From NCBI GenBank assembly GCA_963774265.1, contig CAVZDU010000002.1:832001-896000 (forward strand): a stretch of 64,000 bases of DNA. Reading direction: 5' to 3'. Each line of letters begins with the position of its first letter. The stretch's first letter is position 1. The notes beneath the pieces are model-generated. The model did no database searches and was not told the origin of the DNA. It saw only the letters and a program-made list of their open reading frames with translations. The position numbers and the translations under genes were made by a program. Of this stretch, positions 1 to 11,327 are shown in pieces. Source of the DNA: an uncultured Chloroflexia bacterium. GTDB lineage: Bacteria > Chloroflexota > Anaerolineae > CG2-30-64-16.

Positions 1-40
1 CATGCCTCGCACGTAACGTTGAATCCAAGGATCTCCGCCC

Positions 41-1363
41 ATGACCGACCGCCATGACCTCTTTCGCCGCATGCGTGAAGCCCTGGCCGAATGCTATCCT
101 CAGCGTCCTCGCGCCGAGCTCTTCGCGCAAGACATCGGCCTGAGCCTAGCGCAGATCGATCTCTCGGGCGCCCCGATCGAGTTCTGGCAGCGCATCCTGG
201 AAGAAGCCGAGCGGCAGGGTAAGGTCGAGGCGTTATTGGGGCGGGCATTCGATAGCGCTCCAGCGAAGGTTGAGCTTGATAGGCTGCGTCAGGAATATCA
301 CGCCCTGAGCATGGTGGAGTCAGCGCAGGCAGTGCCGCCTTTCGTTGTGTACGAGCCGCAGCCGGCCGCCGTCAGCACCGCTCAGAAAGGTGCTTCGACA
401 CCGAGGCGGGTATGGCCGGCCGTGGGCGGGGTGGCTAGCTTGCTGGCAGTGATCGTTTACGCTGTCATCCAGATCAGTGGGCAAGGCGGGAAGCCTACCA
501 CGCTGCCAGCTGGGACAGGCCCTACGCAAGCTCCGGCCACGATGACTTCAGAAATCCCCGTCATCCTCCCGTCACCCACACGACAGACATCGGCAATCAC
601 CTCGGCGCCATCTCCGCCTGCAACAGCGCAGATAACCCTGGTGCCAGCAGCCACGATGATCTCCCCCATTGACGGTATGGTGATGGTCTGGGTCCCGGCT
701 GGGGAGTTCACCATGGGGTCGGCGAATACCGATACTGAGGCTAATTCCGATGAAAAGCCGCAGCACAGGGTCTACATAGAGGGATTCTGGATATCGCGCA
801 CGGAGATCACAAACGCTCAATACAGCGGTTGCGTGAGGGCTGGAGCCTGTGCACCACCAAACGATGAGGACTACACTCGGGCGGAGATTGCAGAGCGGCC
901 AGTGACCGAAATGAGCTGGCACAACGCCAACGAGTACGCGCGCTGGGTGGGTGGCCGACTGCCGACCGAGGCGGAATGGGAGAAGGCCTGCCGGGGTACG
1001 GATGGGCGGATCTATCCGTGGGGCTCTGCAGAGCCTACTGACAAGCTTGCCCGCTATAGTGGTGTGACGGGCGCTCGAGATGTAGGAAGTTACCCGGAGG
1101 GCGCGAGCTTCTACGGGCTGTTTGATATGGCGGGCAACGTCTGGGAGTGGACGAGCAGCGGGCCTCGAGAATACCCGTATCGAGTTGACGATGGCCGAGA
1201 AGGCCCGGATGAAAAGATGCGTGTGTTGCGCGGGGGCGCCTTCGACTTTAGTGCGGGATACCTGCGCTGCGCCGTGCGCTTCGGGAGCGACCCGGACAGC
1301 CGCAACGGGGACGTCGGTTTTCGAGTTGTAACGTCTCCCATCATTCATGGCTCTGGGGGCTGA
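41..1363 (+). CDS. EAD1-like N-terminal domain, TM helix, Pro/Thr linker and FGE-sulfatase (SUMF1/CLec-fold) domain protein
   Basis: FGE motifs GEFTMGS, RLPTEAEWEKACRG, GLFDMAGNVWEW, RVLRGG..GFR; the N-terminal ~85 aa resemble EAD1 (EALAECYP...W..ILEEAERQG..LL). Confidence 0.85.
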   Translation: MTDRHDLFRRMREALAECYPQRPRAELFAQDIGLSLAQIDLSGAPIEFWQRILEEAERQGKVEALLGRAFDSAPAKVELDRLRQEYHALSMVESAQAVPPFVVYEPQPAAVSTAQKGASTPRRVWPAVGGVASLLAVIVYAVIQISGQGGKPTTLPAGTGPTQAPATMTSEIPVILPSPTRQTSAITSAPSPPATAQITLVPAATMISPIDGMVMVWVPAGEFTMGSANTDTEANSDEKPQHRVYIEGFWISRTEITNAQYSGCVRAGACAPPNDEDYTRAEIAERPVTEMSWHNANEYARWVGGRLPTEAEWEKACRGTDGRIYPWGSAEPTDKLARYSGVTGARDVGSYPEGASFYGLFDMAGNVWEWTSSGPREYPYRVDDGREGPDEKMRVLRGGAFDFSAGYLRCAVRFGSDPDSRNGDVGFRVVTSPIIHGSGG

Positions 1364-1402
1364 AGCTGCGGACCCTGGTACTCTGGGGGGAGGTACAGCC
1401 CG

Positions 1403-2707
1403 ATGATCTCGATCCTCCGTCAGCGCAACTTCGGCCTGCTCTGGTTCGGCCAGGTGATCTCCGTGGCCGGCGACTGGGTCCTCTTTGCTTCGCTCGCCTT
1501 CTACGTCTACGCCCTGACTGGCTCGGTCCTGGCCAGCGGCGCGATGATGATCGTGTCCACGGTGCCGCGCGTCGTGCTCGGCAGCGTCGCCGGCGTGTTC
1601 GTCGACCGCTGGGACCGCCGCGGCACGATGATCGTCGCGGACCTGGGCCGTGCGCTCGTGCTCCTGCCGCTCCTGGCCGTGCACACTGCGGGCGACATGT
1701 GGATCGTCTACTTGGCCGCGTTCGCCGAGGCCGCGATATCGCAGTTCTTCGGTCCGGCCAAGAATGCGCTGGTGCCGCGCATCGTCACGACCGAGGAACT
1801 GGTCCGGGCCAACTCGGCGAACAGCGTGGGCGAGCAAGTCGGGCGGCTGGTCGGGCCGGCCGTGGGCGGCTTCATGCTCGCGCAGCTCGGGGTCCAGAGC
1901 GTCGTGATCTTTGACGTGCTCTCGTTCGTCGTGTCCGCGGCGATGATCGCGCTTATGGTCGTGCCCACCGCCGCGACGCGTGCGGCTGCGGGCGCGGCGT
2001 CGCCCGAGGCGGTGCCCGCATCTGCGGGCACCGTGGAAGGCGCTCCGTCTGCCGGTGGGCTGCAGGGCGCCGCCCGCGCGAGTGGCGGCGCCCTGCAGGT
2101 CTGGCGGGAGCTGCTGGCGGGGCTGCACCTGATGCGCGCCAACCACGTCCTGACCGCTTTATTCCTCCTCTGGACGATCTCCAGCATCGGCGAGGGCCTG
2201 CTCGACGTGCTCATCGTGCCGTGGGTCAGCAGCGTGCTGGCGGGCACCTCCTTGACGTTCGGCTGGATGATGACCATGCAGGCGATCGGCAGCATCGCGG
2301 GCGGCGCGCTCCTGGCGTCGGCCGGCAAGACGCAGCAGGCGCGGCTGCTCGTGGTGCTCGGCGCGCTGGGCTGGGGCGTGATCGACCTCGCGATCTTCAA
2401 CGCGGACTCGGTGGCCGTGGCGCTGGTCCTGTTCGTGCTCGTCGGCATCCCGATCGCGGCCATGGTGGTCAGCTTCAACGCGCTCATCCAGTCCGAGGCG
2501 CCCGACGAGTACCGCGGAAGGATGTTCGGCGCGTTCGGCGCCGCGGCCGCGCTCGCCACGCTGGCGGGGATGGCGGTGTCGAGCGCGCTGGCCGGCCGGG
2601 TGGGGATCGTAACGATGCTGAACGTCGCGTGCGTGGTGATCGTCGCCGGGGCCGCGGTGGGCGGGGTAGCGCTGGCCGCGCGGCCGTCCGGGCGGGCTGC
2701 GACGTGA
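1403..2707 (+). CDS. MFS transporter (MFS_3/DHA3-like)
   Basis: About 12 hydrophobic segments, GVFVDRWDRR motif A, NFGLLWFGQ start, GGAGG RBS. Confidence 0.9.
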   Translation: MISILRQRNFGLLWFGQVISVAGDWVLFASLAFYVYALTGSVLASGAMMIVSTVPRVVLGSVAGVFVDRWDRRGTMIVADLGRALVLLPLLAVHTAGDMWIVYLAAFAEAAISQFFGPAKNALVPRIVTTEELVRANSANSVGEQVGRLVGPAVGGFMLAQLGVQSVVIFDVLSFVVSAAMIALMVVPTAATRAAAGAASPEAVPASAGTVEGAPSAGGLQGAARASGGALQVWRELLAGLHLMRANHVLTALFLLWTISSIGEGLLDVLIVPWVSSVLAGTSLTFGWMMTMQAIGSIAGGALLASAGKTQQARLLVVLGALGWGVIDLAIFNADSVAVALVLFVLVGIPIAAMVVSFNALIQSEAPDEYRGRMFGAFGAAAALATLAGMAVSSALAGRVGIVTMLNVACVVIVAGAAVGGVALAARPSGRAAT

Positions 2708-2871
2708 GCAGCCACCGAGAAGCGGCACGCAGAGGTCCGCACTGCCAGCAACTGATTTCGGGTAACGTAGCTAACGCTCAATCAACCATCCGGCCGTGGT
2801 AGCTGCCCCAAACCAGCAATTCCAAATGCGGCTCAAACCGCCTACCGCCGTGGGCCGGTCAAAGCCCATTC

Positions 2872-4019
2872 TCACTTGGTGTCGGCCAGGCGATTCGTGC
2901 CCTGCAGTACATCCTCCCGTAAGATCTGCAGCGCCTTCCGAGGCTCCTCGAAGATCGGGCAATGAGCTGAGTTCCCGAACGTGTAGAACCCCTTCAAGGG
3001 AGCCCTCAGGGTCTCGAAGTAGTCCCTCGCGACCGAGTAGGCACACGTACCGTCGTATATGCCCTCGAAGAAGTAGACGGGAAGAGCCACCTCCGGCAAC
3101 TGTTTGGCCAGGTCCGTCGCCAGCACCTGGTCGAGCAGCACGCTGACGCCGGCTGTAGATTTCGCCCGCCACGTGTTGATCTTTTCGGCCAGGGTGTACT
3201 CCGGGTTCCGCAAGAACGACGGCAGCAAGAGGCCGGTGACGATCGATCTCTGGCCGTGCATCGTACCGATGCCCAGCTCGTGCATGGCGATGTCACGCAG
3301 CGACGCACTGTACGCACGGGGCATCCCGCCTGTCCTCGTGACCGACGCGGCCTCCAGCTTTCTTACCATATCCGCCCTGCCGTTCCTTCTGAACTGCTCG
3401 AGCATATACTGGTACGTAAGCAGCTCGGATTCGAGCTGGTTCGACATCTGAGCGACGCCGATGTAAGCGTGGTACAGCTCCGGGGCCCGGGCGGCCGCCT
3501 GAATGCCGACGAACGTGCCCCCCAAGTGCCCCATCAGGTAGATCTTGTCCTGACCGAATCGCCGGCGCAGGTAATTCGTCAGCTCCAACGTGTCGGAGGT
3601 CAATTGCTCGAGAGTGATCATCCCGGGCGCCATGCGGGGGCTGTAAGAGATCCCCGACCCGCGCTGTTCCCACCAAACCACAGTGAACAGGTCCTCGAGG
3701 CCCGTGGGGTACCGCTGGGTCAGGAAATAATCCGGCATACCGCCGTGGAGGTATTGCAGGACGGGGTGGGTTGCGTCTTTGCTCTTGATGAACATCCCCT
3801 ATTCCACTCCGCCTATGTTGACGCGAACCTTCTCGGAAATACTGCGCGGCAGCGGCCTTCCGGCTTCATCGAGGAACTGTTTCGGTTTTCCGGGGCTCAA
3901 CAGCACCAAAACGCCAAGCAGGCCGATATGGTAGTAACCGCGACCAACACAATGCGCCCTACCCTTCTTCCGAATGACAGGGCGTTTGCCCGGCCGGTTG
4001 CGTCGAGCGGTCCATTCAC
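2872..4019 (-). pseudogene. Alpha/beta hydrolase pseudogene, paralog of 21455..22582
   Basis: In-frame TAG at 3799-3801 where the paralog has CAG; nucleophile motif GHSGG changed to GHLGG; frameshift in the signal region. Confidence 0.8.
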
Positions 4020-4249
4020 GATGCCCTCCTCGGTTTTCCAATTATCTCTTCGGCGATCACACCTGCCTATTCTCGCCAGGTAGTCGGAAATCGCCAATTC
4101 GGGCCACGGATGTGGAGATCGGCCGCGCGGGCGCCAATCAGATCGATCGGCTGTCACGTATAGAGGGTGTAACTCAACGCCCACGCTCGGCCAATAACTT
4201 GAGCGCTTCGCCGAAATCGAGCTTCTCCTGGAATCCCTGGAGCCCCTGT

Positions 4250-5777
4250 GACTCGGTTCCAGATTGTGTTGGTCGGTGTAGCGACAGGGGCTATTGACAA
4301 AAATGGGCCAAACGGCCATTGTGTAGTTGTGACACCGCACAAGAAAGCCGCACGGCCCATGAACATTATAGAGCGAGGCAGGGCACACCTGCAATCCTTA
4401 GTGGCGCTGGCCAAGCGCAGCGTTTGGGACTGGAAGCGCTGTCCGACCTGTGGCGGGACGTGGACGAGTTGCTGGGGCACGTATCCCCGTCACCCCTGGT
4501 TCCTGGATCGGGGCCGGCAGGAGGTGCGCATCCAGCGCCACAAGTGCTACGCCTGCAACAAGACGTATTCGGAGCGGTCGGCCCTGCTGGTGCGCGGTAG
4601 TTGGTATGCCCGGGACGTTCACCGTTGTGCGGTCGACCACTGGCAACACGGCGGCACCTCATTACGGCGGACGGCGGAGTTGCTGCGCTCCTGGTTGGGG
4701 CACCAGGAACGTTGGTTGCTCTGGCGACCGCTGGATCCCGAGAGCGGCGAGCGGTGTTATTTGGCGGCCAGCACCGTGCAGCGCTGGCTGGACGGGGCCG
4801 GCAAAACGGCTCAAGCCAGCGTGGACGGGCAACTAGCGGGCATTGCCCACACGCACGCGGTGGGCACGGACGGCTTATGGGCCAAGCTGAAAGGCAAGGC
4901 GCAGCGGGTCGTGCTGCTCATCGTGGACAGCGTTACCGGCCTGGTCTATCCGCCAGTCGTGGCCAAAGGCGAAGGGTCGGTAGGACCGTGGCAGCGGCTG
5001 TTTGAACGGGCTAAGCGGGCCGGACTGGACGTGGATGCCCTGCGCGGCGCAACGTCCGATGGCGCACAGGGGCTGCTGGCTTACTTGCGCCGGAGCCTCG
5101 CCTGGGTCCAGCATCAGCGCTGCGTCTGGCATTTGTGGCGCAACCTGGGAGGCGAGCTCGCCAAAGCCGCCAGCGAAGCGGCGGGCGACCTGACCGGCGA
5201 AGCTGCCGAGCACATCCGCAAGCAAACCCGAGATGAGTTGGGCGGGCTGATTCACAAGATCATGGACGCCCAGAGTTACACTGAGGCGGAAGCAGCGTTA
5301 GCCACGCTGCTGGGGCATCCGCTAGGCGCAACCCTCGGCAAGCTGCTCAATGAGCAACTCGATCGGGTACTCGTGCACCTGCTGGCTTACTACCAAGGCT
5401 TGCAGCGGGTGACACCCGAGTGGTACTGGCGAGATTTTCGCTTACGACTCAGCCGCGGCCGCAACCACCGCTCGGATCAGCGCCTGGAGCGGGCGACCCT
5501 GGTCTGGGCGATCTACCATAACTTCGAGCCCGCTCAAGGGAGGTCTGAGCGTAAACGTCATTACCGGCATCCCGGCCAAAGTGCCCTCCAAGTCGCCGGC
5601 GTGCCACCCGGAAAAGTGAGCTACCTGGACGCTTTGGGCGTGTAAACGCCCACGGTCCCGTCGCTTGTCGCCCCTTACCGGCGGCGAGCGACGGGAGGCA
5701 AAGTCTGCGCAGCCGTCTGCCGATTATCACCTACCAACAGGCCGACTCGGTCCGCCAACATAGGACGGAACCGAGTC
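4250..5777 (+). mobile_element. Insertion sequence, IS256/ISH6-like DDE
   Basis: Imperfect terminal IRs GACTCGGTTCC..TGTTGG / CCAACA..GGAACCGAGTC; 8-bp target duplication GCCCCTGT at 4242-4249 and 5778-5785. Confidence 0.9.
4359..5645 (+). CDS. Transposase with N-terminal zinc ribbon and Mutator-like DDE core
   Basis: CPTC..CYAC, TDGLW, SDGAQG, HQRCVWH (CxxH); lies inside the IRs. Confidence 0.85.
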   Translation: MNIIERGRAHLQSLVALAKRSVWDWKRCPTCGGTWTSCWGTYPRHPWFLDRGRQEVRIQRHKCYACNKTYSERSALLVRGSWYARDVHRCAVDHWQHGGTSLRRTAELLRSWLGHQERWLLWRPLDPESGERCYLAASTVQRWLDGAGKTAQASVDGQLAGIAHTHAVGTDGLWAKLKGKAQRVVLLIVDSVTGLVYPPVVAKGEGSVGPWQRLFERAKRAGLDVDALRGATSDGAQGLLAYLRRSLAWVQHQRCVWHLWRNLGGELAKAASEAAGDLTGEAAEHIRKQTRDELGGLIHKIMDAQSYTEAEAALATLLGHPLGATLGKLLNEQLDRVLVHLLAYYQGLQRVTPEWYWRDFRLRLSRGRNHRSDQRLERATLVWAIYHNFEPAQGRSERKRHYRHPGQSALQVAGVPPGKVSYLDALGV

Positions 5778-5815
5778 GCCCCTGTGGGGCGCTTCCTGAA
5801 TTGCGGCGCATGTTC

Positions 5816-5830
5816 TATAATTGTCCTATG
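5816..5830 (+). promoter_or_regulatory. Leaderless promoter of regulator 1
   Basis: TATAAT at 5816-5821, 6 nt, then ATG at 5828; no SD; same geometry in regulator copies 2-4. Confidence 0.7.
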
Positions 5831-8522
5831 TCCACGCCCATCTTGGCCACCAAACTGTATATCCCCCCACCTCGGCCTAAAGTTGTCCTCCGCCCCCGCC
5901 TGATCGAGCGGCTGAACGAGGGTCTGCGCCAAGACCAGGGCTTCGGACGCAAGCTGACCCTCATCTCTGCCCCCGCCGGCTTTGGCAAAACCACGCTGGT
6001 CAGCGAATGGGTCGCCGGTTGGCCGCGAGCGAACCAAAGGTCCGCGTCGCCTGGCTGTCGCTGGACGAAGGGGATAACGACCCCACACGCTTTCTGGCTT
6101 ACCTCGTCGCGGCTTTGCAGACCATCTGCTGCCGGATATCGGAGCAGGGATGTTGGCTGCGCTCCAATCCCCTCAGCCGCCGCCCACCGAAGCGATTCTG
6201 ACGGCCCTGCTCAACGAGATCACCACCGTCCCGGACCATTTCATCCTCGTCCTGGACGACTACCACGTGATTGATGCCCAACCGGTGTCGACTCGACGGC
6301 CCTCACCTTTCTGCTCGAGCACCTGCCGCCCCAGATGCACCTGGTCATCGCCACCCGTGAGGATCCGCATCTACCCCTGGCCCGGCTGCGCGCCCGCGGC
6401 CAATTGACCGAGCTGCGCGCCGCCGACTTGCGTTTCACCCCCGCCGAAGCCGCCGAATTTCTCAACCAGGTGATGGGCCTGAACCTCTCGGCGGAAGACA
6501 TCGCCGCGCTGGAAACCCGCACCGAAGGCTGGATCGCCGGCCTGCAATTGGCCGCGATTTCAATGCAGGGACATCAGGACACCACCAGCTTCATCCAGTC
6601 CTTCACCGGCAGCCACCATTTCGTGCTGGACTATCTGATTGAAGAAGTCCTGCAGCAGCAGTCCGAAAGCGTCCAGACTTTCCTGCTGCGCACGTCCATC
6701 CTCGACCGCATGTGCGGCCCCCTGTGTGATGCCGTTACTGCTCGCCCCGTCTGCTTCCGGGCAGGAAACCCTGGAATATCTCGAACACGCCAACCTGTTC
6801 ATCGTCCCCCTGGACAACGAGCGGCGCTGGTACCGCTATCACCATCTCTTTGCCGAATTACTGCGACAACGGCTGCAGCAGAGCCTGACACCTGGACGCA
6901 TGGCCGAGTATCACATCCGTGCCAGCCAATGGTACGAAGACAATGGCCTGGAGATTGAAGCGTTTCAACATGCGACTGCCGCCAATGATGTTGAGCGCGC
7001 CGAGCGCCTGATGGAAGGCAAAGGGATACCCCTGCATTTTCGCGGCGCAGTGAACGCTATCCTGGCGTGGCTGGCATCGCTGCCGAAGTCGGTGCTGGAT
7101 GCCAGACCCTTGTTGTGGGTGAGGTCGGCCACGATGGCGTTGACGGCCGGCCAGACAACCGGCGTGGAAGAGAAACTACAGGCGGCTGAAGCAGCCCTGC
7201 AAAATGCCGATCTTGATCCTCAAACCCGCGACCTGATCGGGCAAATTGCCTGCGCCAGGGCCACGTTGGCGGTCACCCGCTACCAGCCGGAAGCGATGAT
7301 CATCCAGGCGCACCGCGCCCTGGAGTATCTGCTTCCCGAGAATCTGCCTTTCCGCTTTACGGCTAACTGGACGCTGTCGACTGCCTATCAGCTTCAGGGT
7401 GACCGCGCCGCGGCCAGCCGGGCTTTAGCGGAAGCCTTATCGATCAGCCAGGCGTCTGGGAGCATGTTTTCCACGATACTGGCGACCAGCCACCTGGGGC
7501 GGCTACAGGAATTGGAGAACCAGCTTTATCGGGCGGCCGAGACCTATCGGCGTGTGCTGCAGCTGGCGGGCGATCAGCCGCTGCCGAGTGCCACCGAAGC
7601 GCATCTTGGCCTGGCCCGCATCTGCTACGAATGGAACGACCTGGAGGCCGCCGAGCAGCACGGACAACAGAGCCTGCAACTGGCGCGGCAGTATGACCGC
7701 GTGATTGACCGATTCATTATCAGCGAAGTGTTTCTGGCCCGCCTGAAACTGGCCCAGGGCGATGTGGCCGGCGCGGCCGCGCATGTTAGCCGAGACCGAG
7801 CAAGCCGTGCGCCAGCAGAACTTCGTGCATGCGCATGCCCGAGGTCGCTGCCGCGCAGGTGCTTGTCCTGCTTCGCCAGGGCAATGTGGCGGCCGCCGCT
7901 CGATCTGGCTCAGACGCACGATCTCCCCATCAGCCAGGCCCGGGTGCTCCTGGCCCAGGGAGACCCATCCGCAGCGCTGGCGGTGCTGGAGCCATTGCGC
8001 CAGCAGATGGAAGCCAAGGGCTGGCAGGATGAACGGCTCAAGGTGATGGTTCTGCAGGCGGTCGCGCTGCCACTGCGCACGGCGAGAAGGACAAGGCCGT
8101 GCAACTGCTGGGTGAGGCGCTGGCGCTGGCCGAGCCGGGCGGCTTCGTCCGTCTCTTTGTGGACGAAGGGCCGCCGATGGCTCAGCTATTGTCCGAGGCG
8201 GCTGCCCGTGGGATCATGCCGGACTATATCGCCAAGCTGCTGGCTGCATTTCAAGACGTGACGAATGATGAAGGACAAACGACAAGACCTTCGTCCGCCG
8301 TCACGCGGAGCGGTCCTTCGGCGTTGGTCGAGCCACTGAGCCAACGCGAGCTGGAAATCCTGACAGCTGATCACCCAGGGACTCTCGAATCGGGAGATCG
8401 GCGAGCGGCTGTTCCTCGCCCTGGACACGGTCAAAGGGCACAACCGCAGAATCTTCGACAAACTCCAGGTTCAAAGCCGCACCGAAGCCATCGCCCGCGC
8501 CCGCGAGCTGGGCTTGTTGTAA
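5828..8522 (+). CDS. MalT-like STAND ATPase-TPR-LuxR regulator, copy 1 (multiple frameshifts, probably read errors)
   Basis: Walker [11 protein letters not shown], Walker [18 protein letters not shown] and a C-terminal LuxR HTH; colinear with the intact copy at 17490. Confidence 0.9.
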
Positions 8523-8570
8523 CCGCAAGTATTCGTATTCCTCAACATCCTCCCCCTCTATAAGCCAAAA

Positions 8571-8628
8571 CAACACCTCCAACCAACACCAAAGTGTCTA
8601 TACAACAACACCGTGGCGCCGGTATATT
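8571..8628 (+). promoter_or_regulatory. Putative operator/promoter, CAACACC type, copy 1
   Basis: CAACACC at 8571, 8584 and 8606, inverted-like AGTGTCT at 8593, -10-like TATATT at 8623; conserved four times in the window. Confidence 0.75.
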
Positions 8629-8689
8629 ACCTGTGCCTTGAGCAAGCGGCTCAGCCGGTGCGAATCGGACAGGAGAGAAAGAGAGAAAA

Positions 8690-9403
8690 ATGAACACCTA
8701 CAGAAAGACCGCAATCATCGTGGGCATACTATTCATCGCTTGCACCGTTGCCAGTATCCTTGGCCCGTCGCTGGCCGGCTCGATCAATGCCCCGGACTAT
8801 CTCAATCAACTGGCCGCCGATCCAAATCAGATCATCATCGCGGCGCTGCTGGAGTTTATCTGGGCTGCGACCGGCGCCGGCATCGCCATCGGGCTGTATC
8901 CACTCCTGAAAAAGTACAACGGAGCCCTGGCGCTCGGATCCGTCAGTTTTCGGGTCGTTGAGGGTGTATTCGTTCTCATCGGCACACTCGGCCTGCTATC
9001 ACTGTTGACATTGAGCCAGGAATTCATTGCAGCAGGGGCTCCTGGTGCATCCTCATTTCAAACCTCAGGCACGTTGTTGTTGGCGCTACGTGACTGGCAG
9101 CTCCATGTCATATCAGGGCTTGCCTTTGCCCTGGGCGCCCTGATGTATTACGTCATATTGTACCAATCAAAACTCATCCCCCGGTGGCTATCAGGCTGGG
9201 GTGTTCTCGGCGCTGTCCTGTCACTGGCAGCAACCGTGCTGGCTTCATTCGCCCGTGATTTCGGTATGGCGTCGGTTCACACCTATTTGAGCATCCCAAT
9301 AGGCGTGAATGAACTGGTCTTCGCGGTCTGGCTGATCGTGAAGGGATTCAATCCATCTGCGATCGCTGCCCTGTCTGCCAGGCAGTCGCGATTGGAGGAT
9401 TGA
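8690..9403 (+). CDS. DUF4386 family membrane protein
   Basis: [36 protein letters not shown] pattern. Confidence 0.85.
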   Translation: MNTYRKTAIIVGILFIACTVASILGPSLAGSINAPDYLNQLAADPNQIIIAALLEFIWAATGAGIAIGLYPLLKKYNGALALGSVSFRVVEGVFVLIGTLGLLSLLTLSQEFIAAGAPGASSFQTSGTLLLALRDWQLHVISGLAFALGALMYYVILYQSKLIPRWLSGWGVLGAVLSLAATVLASFARDFGMASVHTYLSIPIGVNELVFAVWLIVKGFNPSAIAALSARQSRLED

Positions 9404-9404
9404 G

Positions 9405-10355
9405 ATGAAAGCCGTCGTTTACACCCGATACGGCCCGCCGGAAGTGCTGCGGCTGGCGGATGTTCCCAAACCGGCGCCGCGTGACCACGAAGTGCTGGTC
9501 AAAGTCCATGCCACCACCGTCACCATCGGCGACACCATCATGCGCAGCCTCAACCTGCCCATCCATGGCTGGCAGAAGGTCATGGCGCGGCTGATCCTGG
9601 GGTGGCGCAGGCCCAGGCGTGCCATCCTGGGGATGGAACTGGCCGGGGAGATTGAATCTGTCGGCAGGAAGGTGACCCGCTTCAAGCCCGGCGACCCGAT
9701 CTTCGCCTCCACCTTCGCCGTCAATTTCGGCGGTCATGCCGAATACAAATGCCTGCCCGAAAACGGGGTGATCGCCATCAAACCGGCCAATCTCACCTAC
9801 GAGGAGGCCGCCGCCGTCCCCGGCGCAGGGCAGACGGCCTGGCGCTGTCTTCAAAAGGGCCACCTCCAACCCGGGCAGAAGATCTTGATCTACGGCGCAT
9901 CCGGCGCGGTCGGCACGTATGCGGTGCAGCTTGCCAGCCGCCACTTCGGGGCCGACGTGACCGGGGTGTGCAGCGGCGCGAACCTGGAACTGGTGCAATC
10001 GCTGGGGGCGAGCCAGGTCATAGATTACACCCGGCAGGATTTCACCCAAAGCGGCGCAACCTACGATGTGGTTTTCGACGCCGTCGGCAAACTGACGCCG
10101 GCGCAGGGCAAAAAGGCGCTCAAGCCGGGCGGCGTCTACCTCAACGTCCACGCCGACTCGGATGGCGGCGAAAAGCTCGAAGACCTGCTCGTGCTCAAAG
10201 AACTGGTCGAGGCGGGCAAGCTCAAACCGGTCATTGACCGGGTCTATCCGCTCGAACAGATCGTCGAGGCGCACCGCTATGTCGAGCAAGGACACAAGAA
10301 AGGCAACGTCGCTATCACGGTATGGTGCGAATCGGACACGACAGGTGCAAGGTAA
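9405..10355 (+). CDS. NAD(P)-dependent MDR oxidoreductase (zinc-independent alcohol dehydrogenase/quinone reductase-like)
   Basis: [34 protein letters not shown]. Confidence 0.9.
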   Translation: MKAVVYTRYGPPEVLRLADVPKPAPRDHEVLVKVHATTVTIGDTIMRSLNLPIHGWQKVMARLILGWRRPRRAILGMELAGEIESVGRKVTRFKPGDPIFASTFAVNFGGHAEYKCLPENGVIAIKPANLTYEEAAAVPGAGQTAWRCLQKGHLQPGQKILIYGASGAVGTYAVQLASRHFGADVTGVCSGANLELVQSLGASQVIDYTRQDFTQSGATYDVVFDAVGKLTPAQGKKALKPGGVYLNVHADSDGGEKLEDLLVLKELVEAGKLKPVIDRVYPLEQIVEAHRYVEQGHKKGNVAITVWCESDTTGAR

Positions 10356-10600
10356 TGTCAAACAATCCTAACCCGACAACTGATCCAAGTCACTCCCTGG
10401 TCTATCAGATCAGGCTCAAGGGCCATTTGGGTTCTCAGTGGACAGACTGGTTTGAGGACCTGACCATCACGCTGGAAGAGGACGGCGATACGCTTCTAAC
10501 CGGCCCGGTGGTCGACCAGGCTGCGTTGCATGGGCTGCTTAAAAAAGTGCGTGATTTGGGCATACCGTTAGTCTCGGTCTGTCCTAAGGAGGAGAAATGA
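10355..10600 (+). CDS. Small ACT-like hypothetical protein, copy 1
   Basis: YQIRLKGHL...W.DWF...TGPVVDQAALHGLLKKVRDLG; TAATG coupling to the upstream gene; three homologs in the window. Confidence 0.8.
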   Translation: MSNNPNPTTDPSHSLVYQIRLKGHLGSQWTDWFEDLTITLEEDGDTLLTGPVVDQAALHGLLKKVRDLGIPLVSVCPKEEK

Positions 10601-11294
10601 ATTCGATCAACAAGACCGCAAGAATGGCTGGATTGCTGTATCTTATTTACATGGTGATTCACATCTTCGCAGATGTGATCGGTCGTTCCAGGCTGATTGT
10701 ATGGGGAGACGCCGCGACAACCGCCAGGAATATCACGGCGTCTGCAGGGCAATTCCGTATCGGCATTATGGGCGATCTGCTCGCGGCCGCGCTTGTTTCT
10801 TCTGACAGCCTGGGCTTTGTACGTGCTGCTGAAGCCGGTCAACAAGAACATCGCTTTGCTGTTCCTGTTGTTGAACCTGGGCGGTGTCGCCATCCAGTGT
10901 TTCAGCGATCTTTTCTTGTTTGCCAGCCAGTTGCTCCTGAGCGGCGCCGATTACTTGAAAGCATTCCAGGCCGATCAACTGCCGGCGCTGGCCATGTTAT
11001 CCCTGTATCTGAACAAAAACGGGTTCATGATCGCCCAGATATTCTATGGCGCCTGGCTCTTTCCGCTGGGTTACCTGGTTTTCAAGTCGGGCTTCCTGCC
11101 CAGGATTTTGGGCATTGTGTTGATGGTTCATTGTGCTTTCTGGCTGATGACGGCTCTTCAGTTCTTCCTTTTCCCGGGCTTCGGGGCGATAACCTATGTA
11201 AGCTGGCCGCTTGGATTCATTGCGGAATTTGGGCTTGACTTTGTGGCTTCTGATTATGGGCGCCAAAGAGCAGAAACCAGCTTCGAGTGCGTGA
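10597..11294 (+). CDS. DUF4386 family membrane protein (frameshifted)
   Basis: KTARMAGLLYL, LYVLLKPVNK, FKSGFLPRILG split over ORFs 10597 and 10697. Confidence 0.8.
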
Positions 11295-11327
11295 GAAGGT
11301 CGGTGATCGCCACAAAGGATGAGCCTC

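Noticed and set aside
572-2146. Long antisense or overlapping ORFs (also 34086..36086, 42224..43270, 56828..57985)
   Set aside because: Shadows of GC-rich genes on the opposite strand, with no motifs.
3799-3801. In-frame TAG as pyrrolysine or readthrough
   Set aside because: The paralog has CAG and the catalytic Ser is also mutated; no pyl genes are present.
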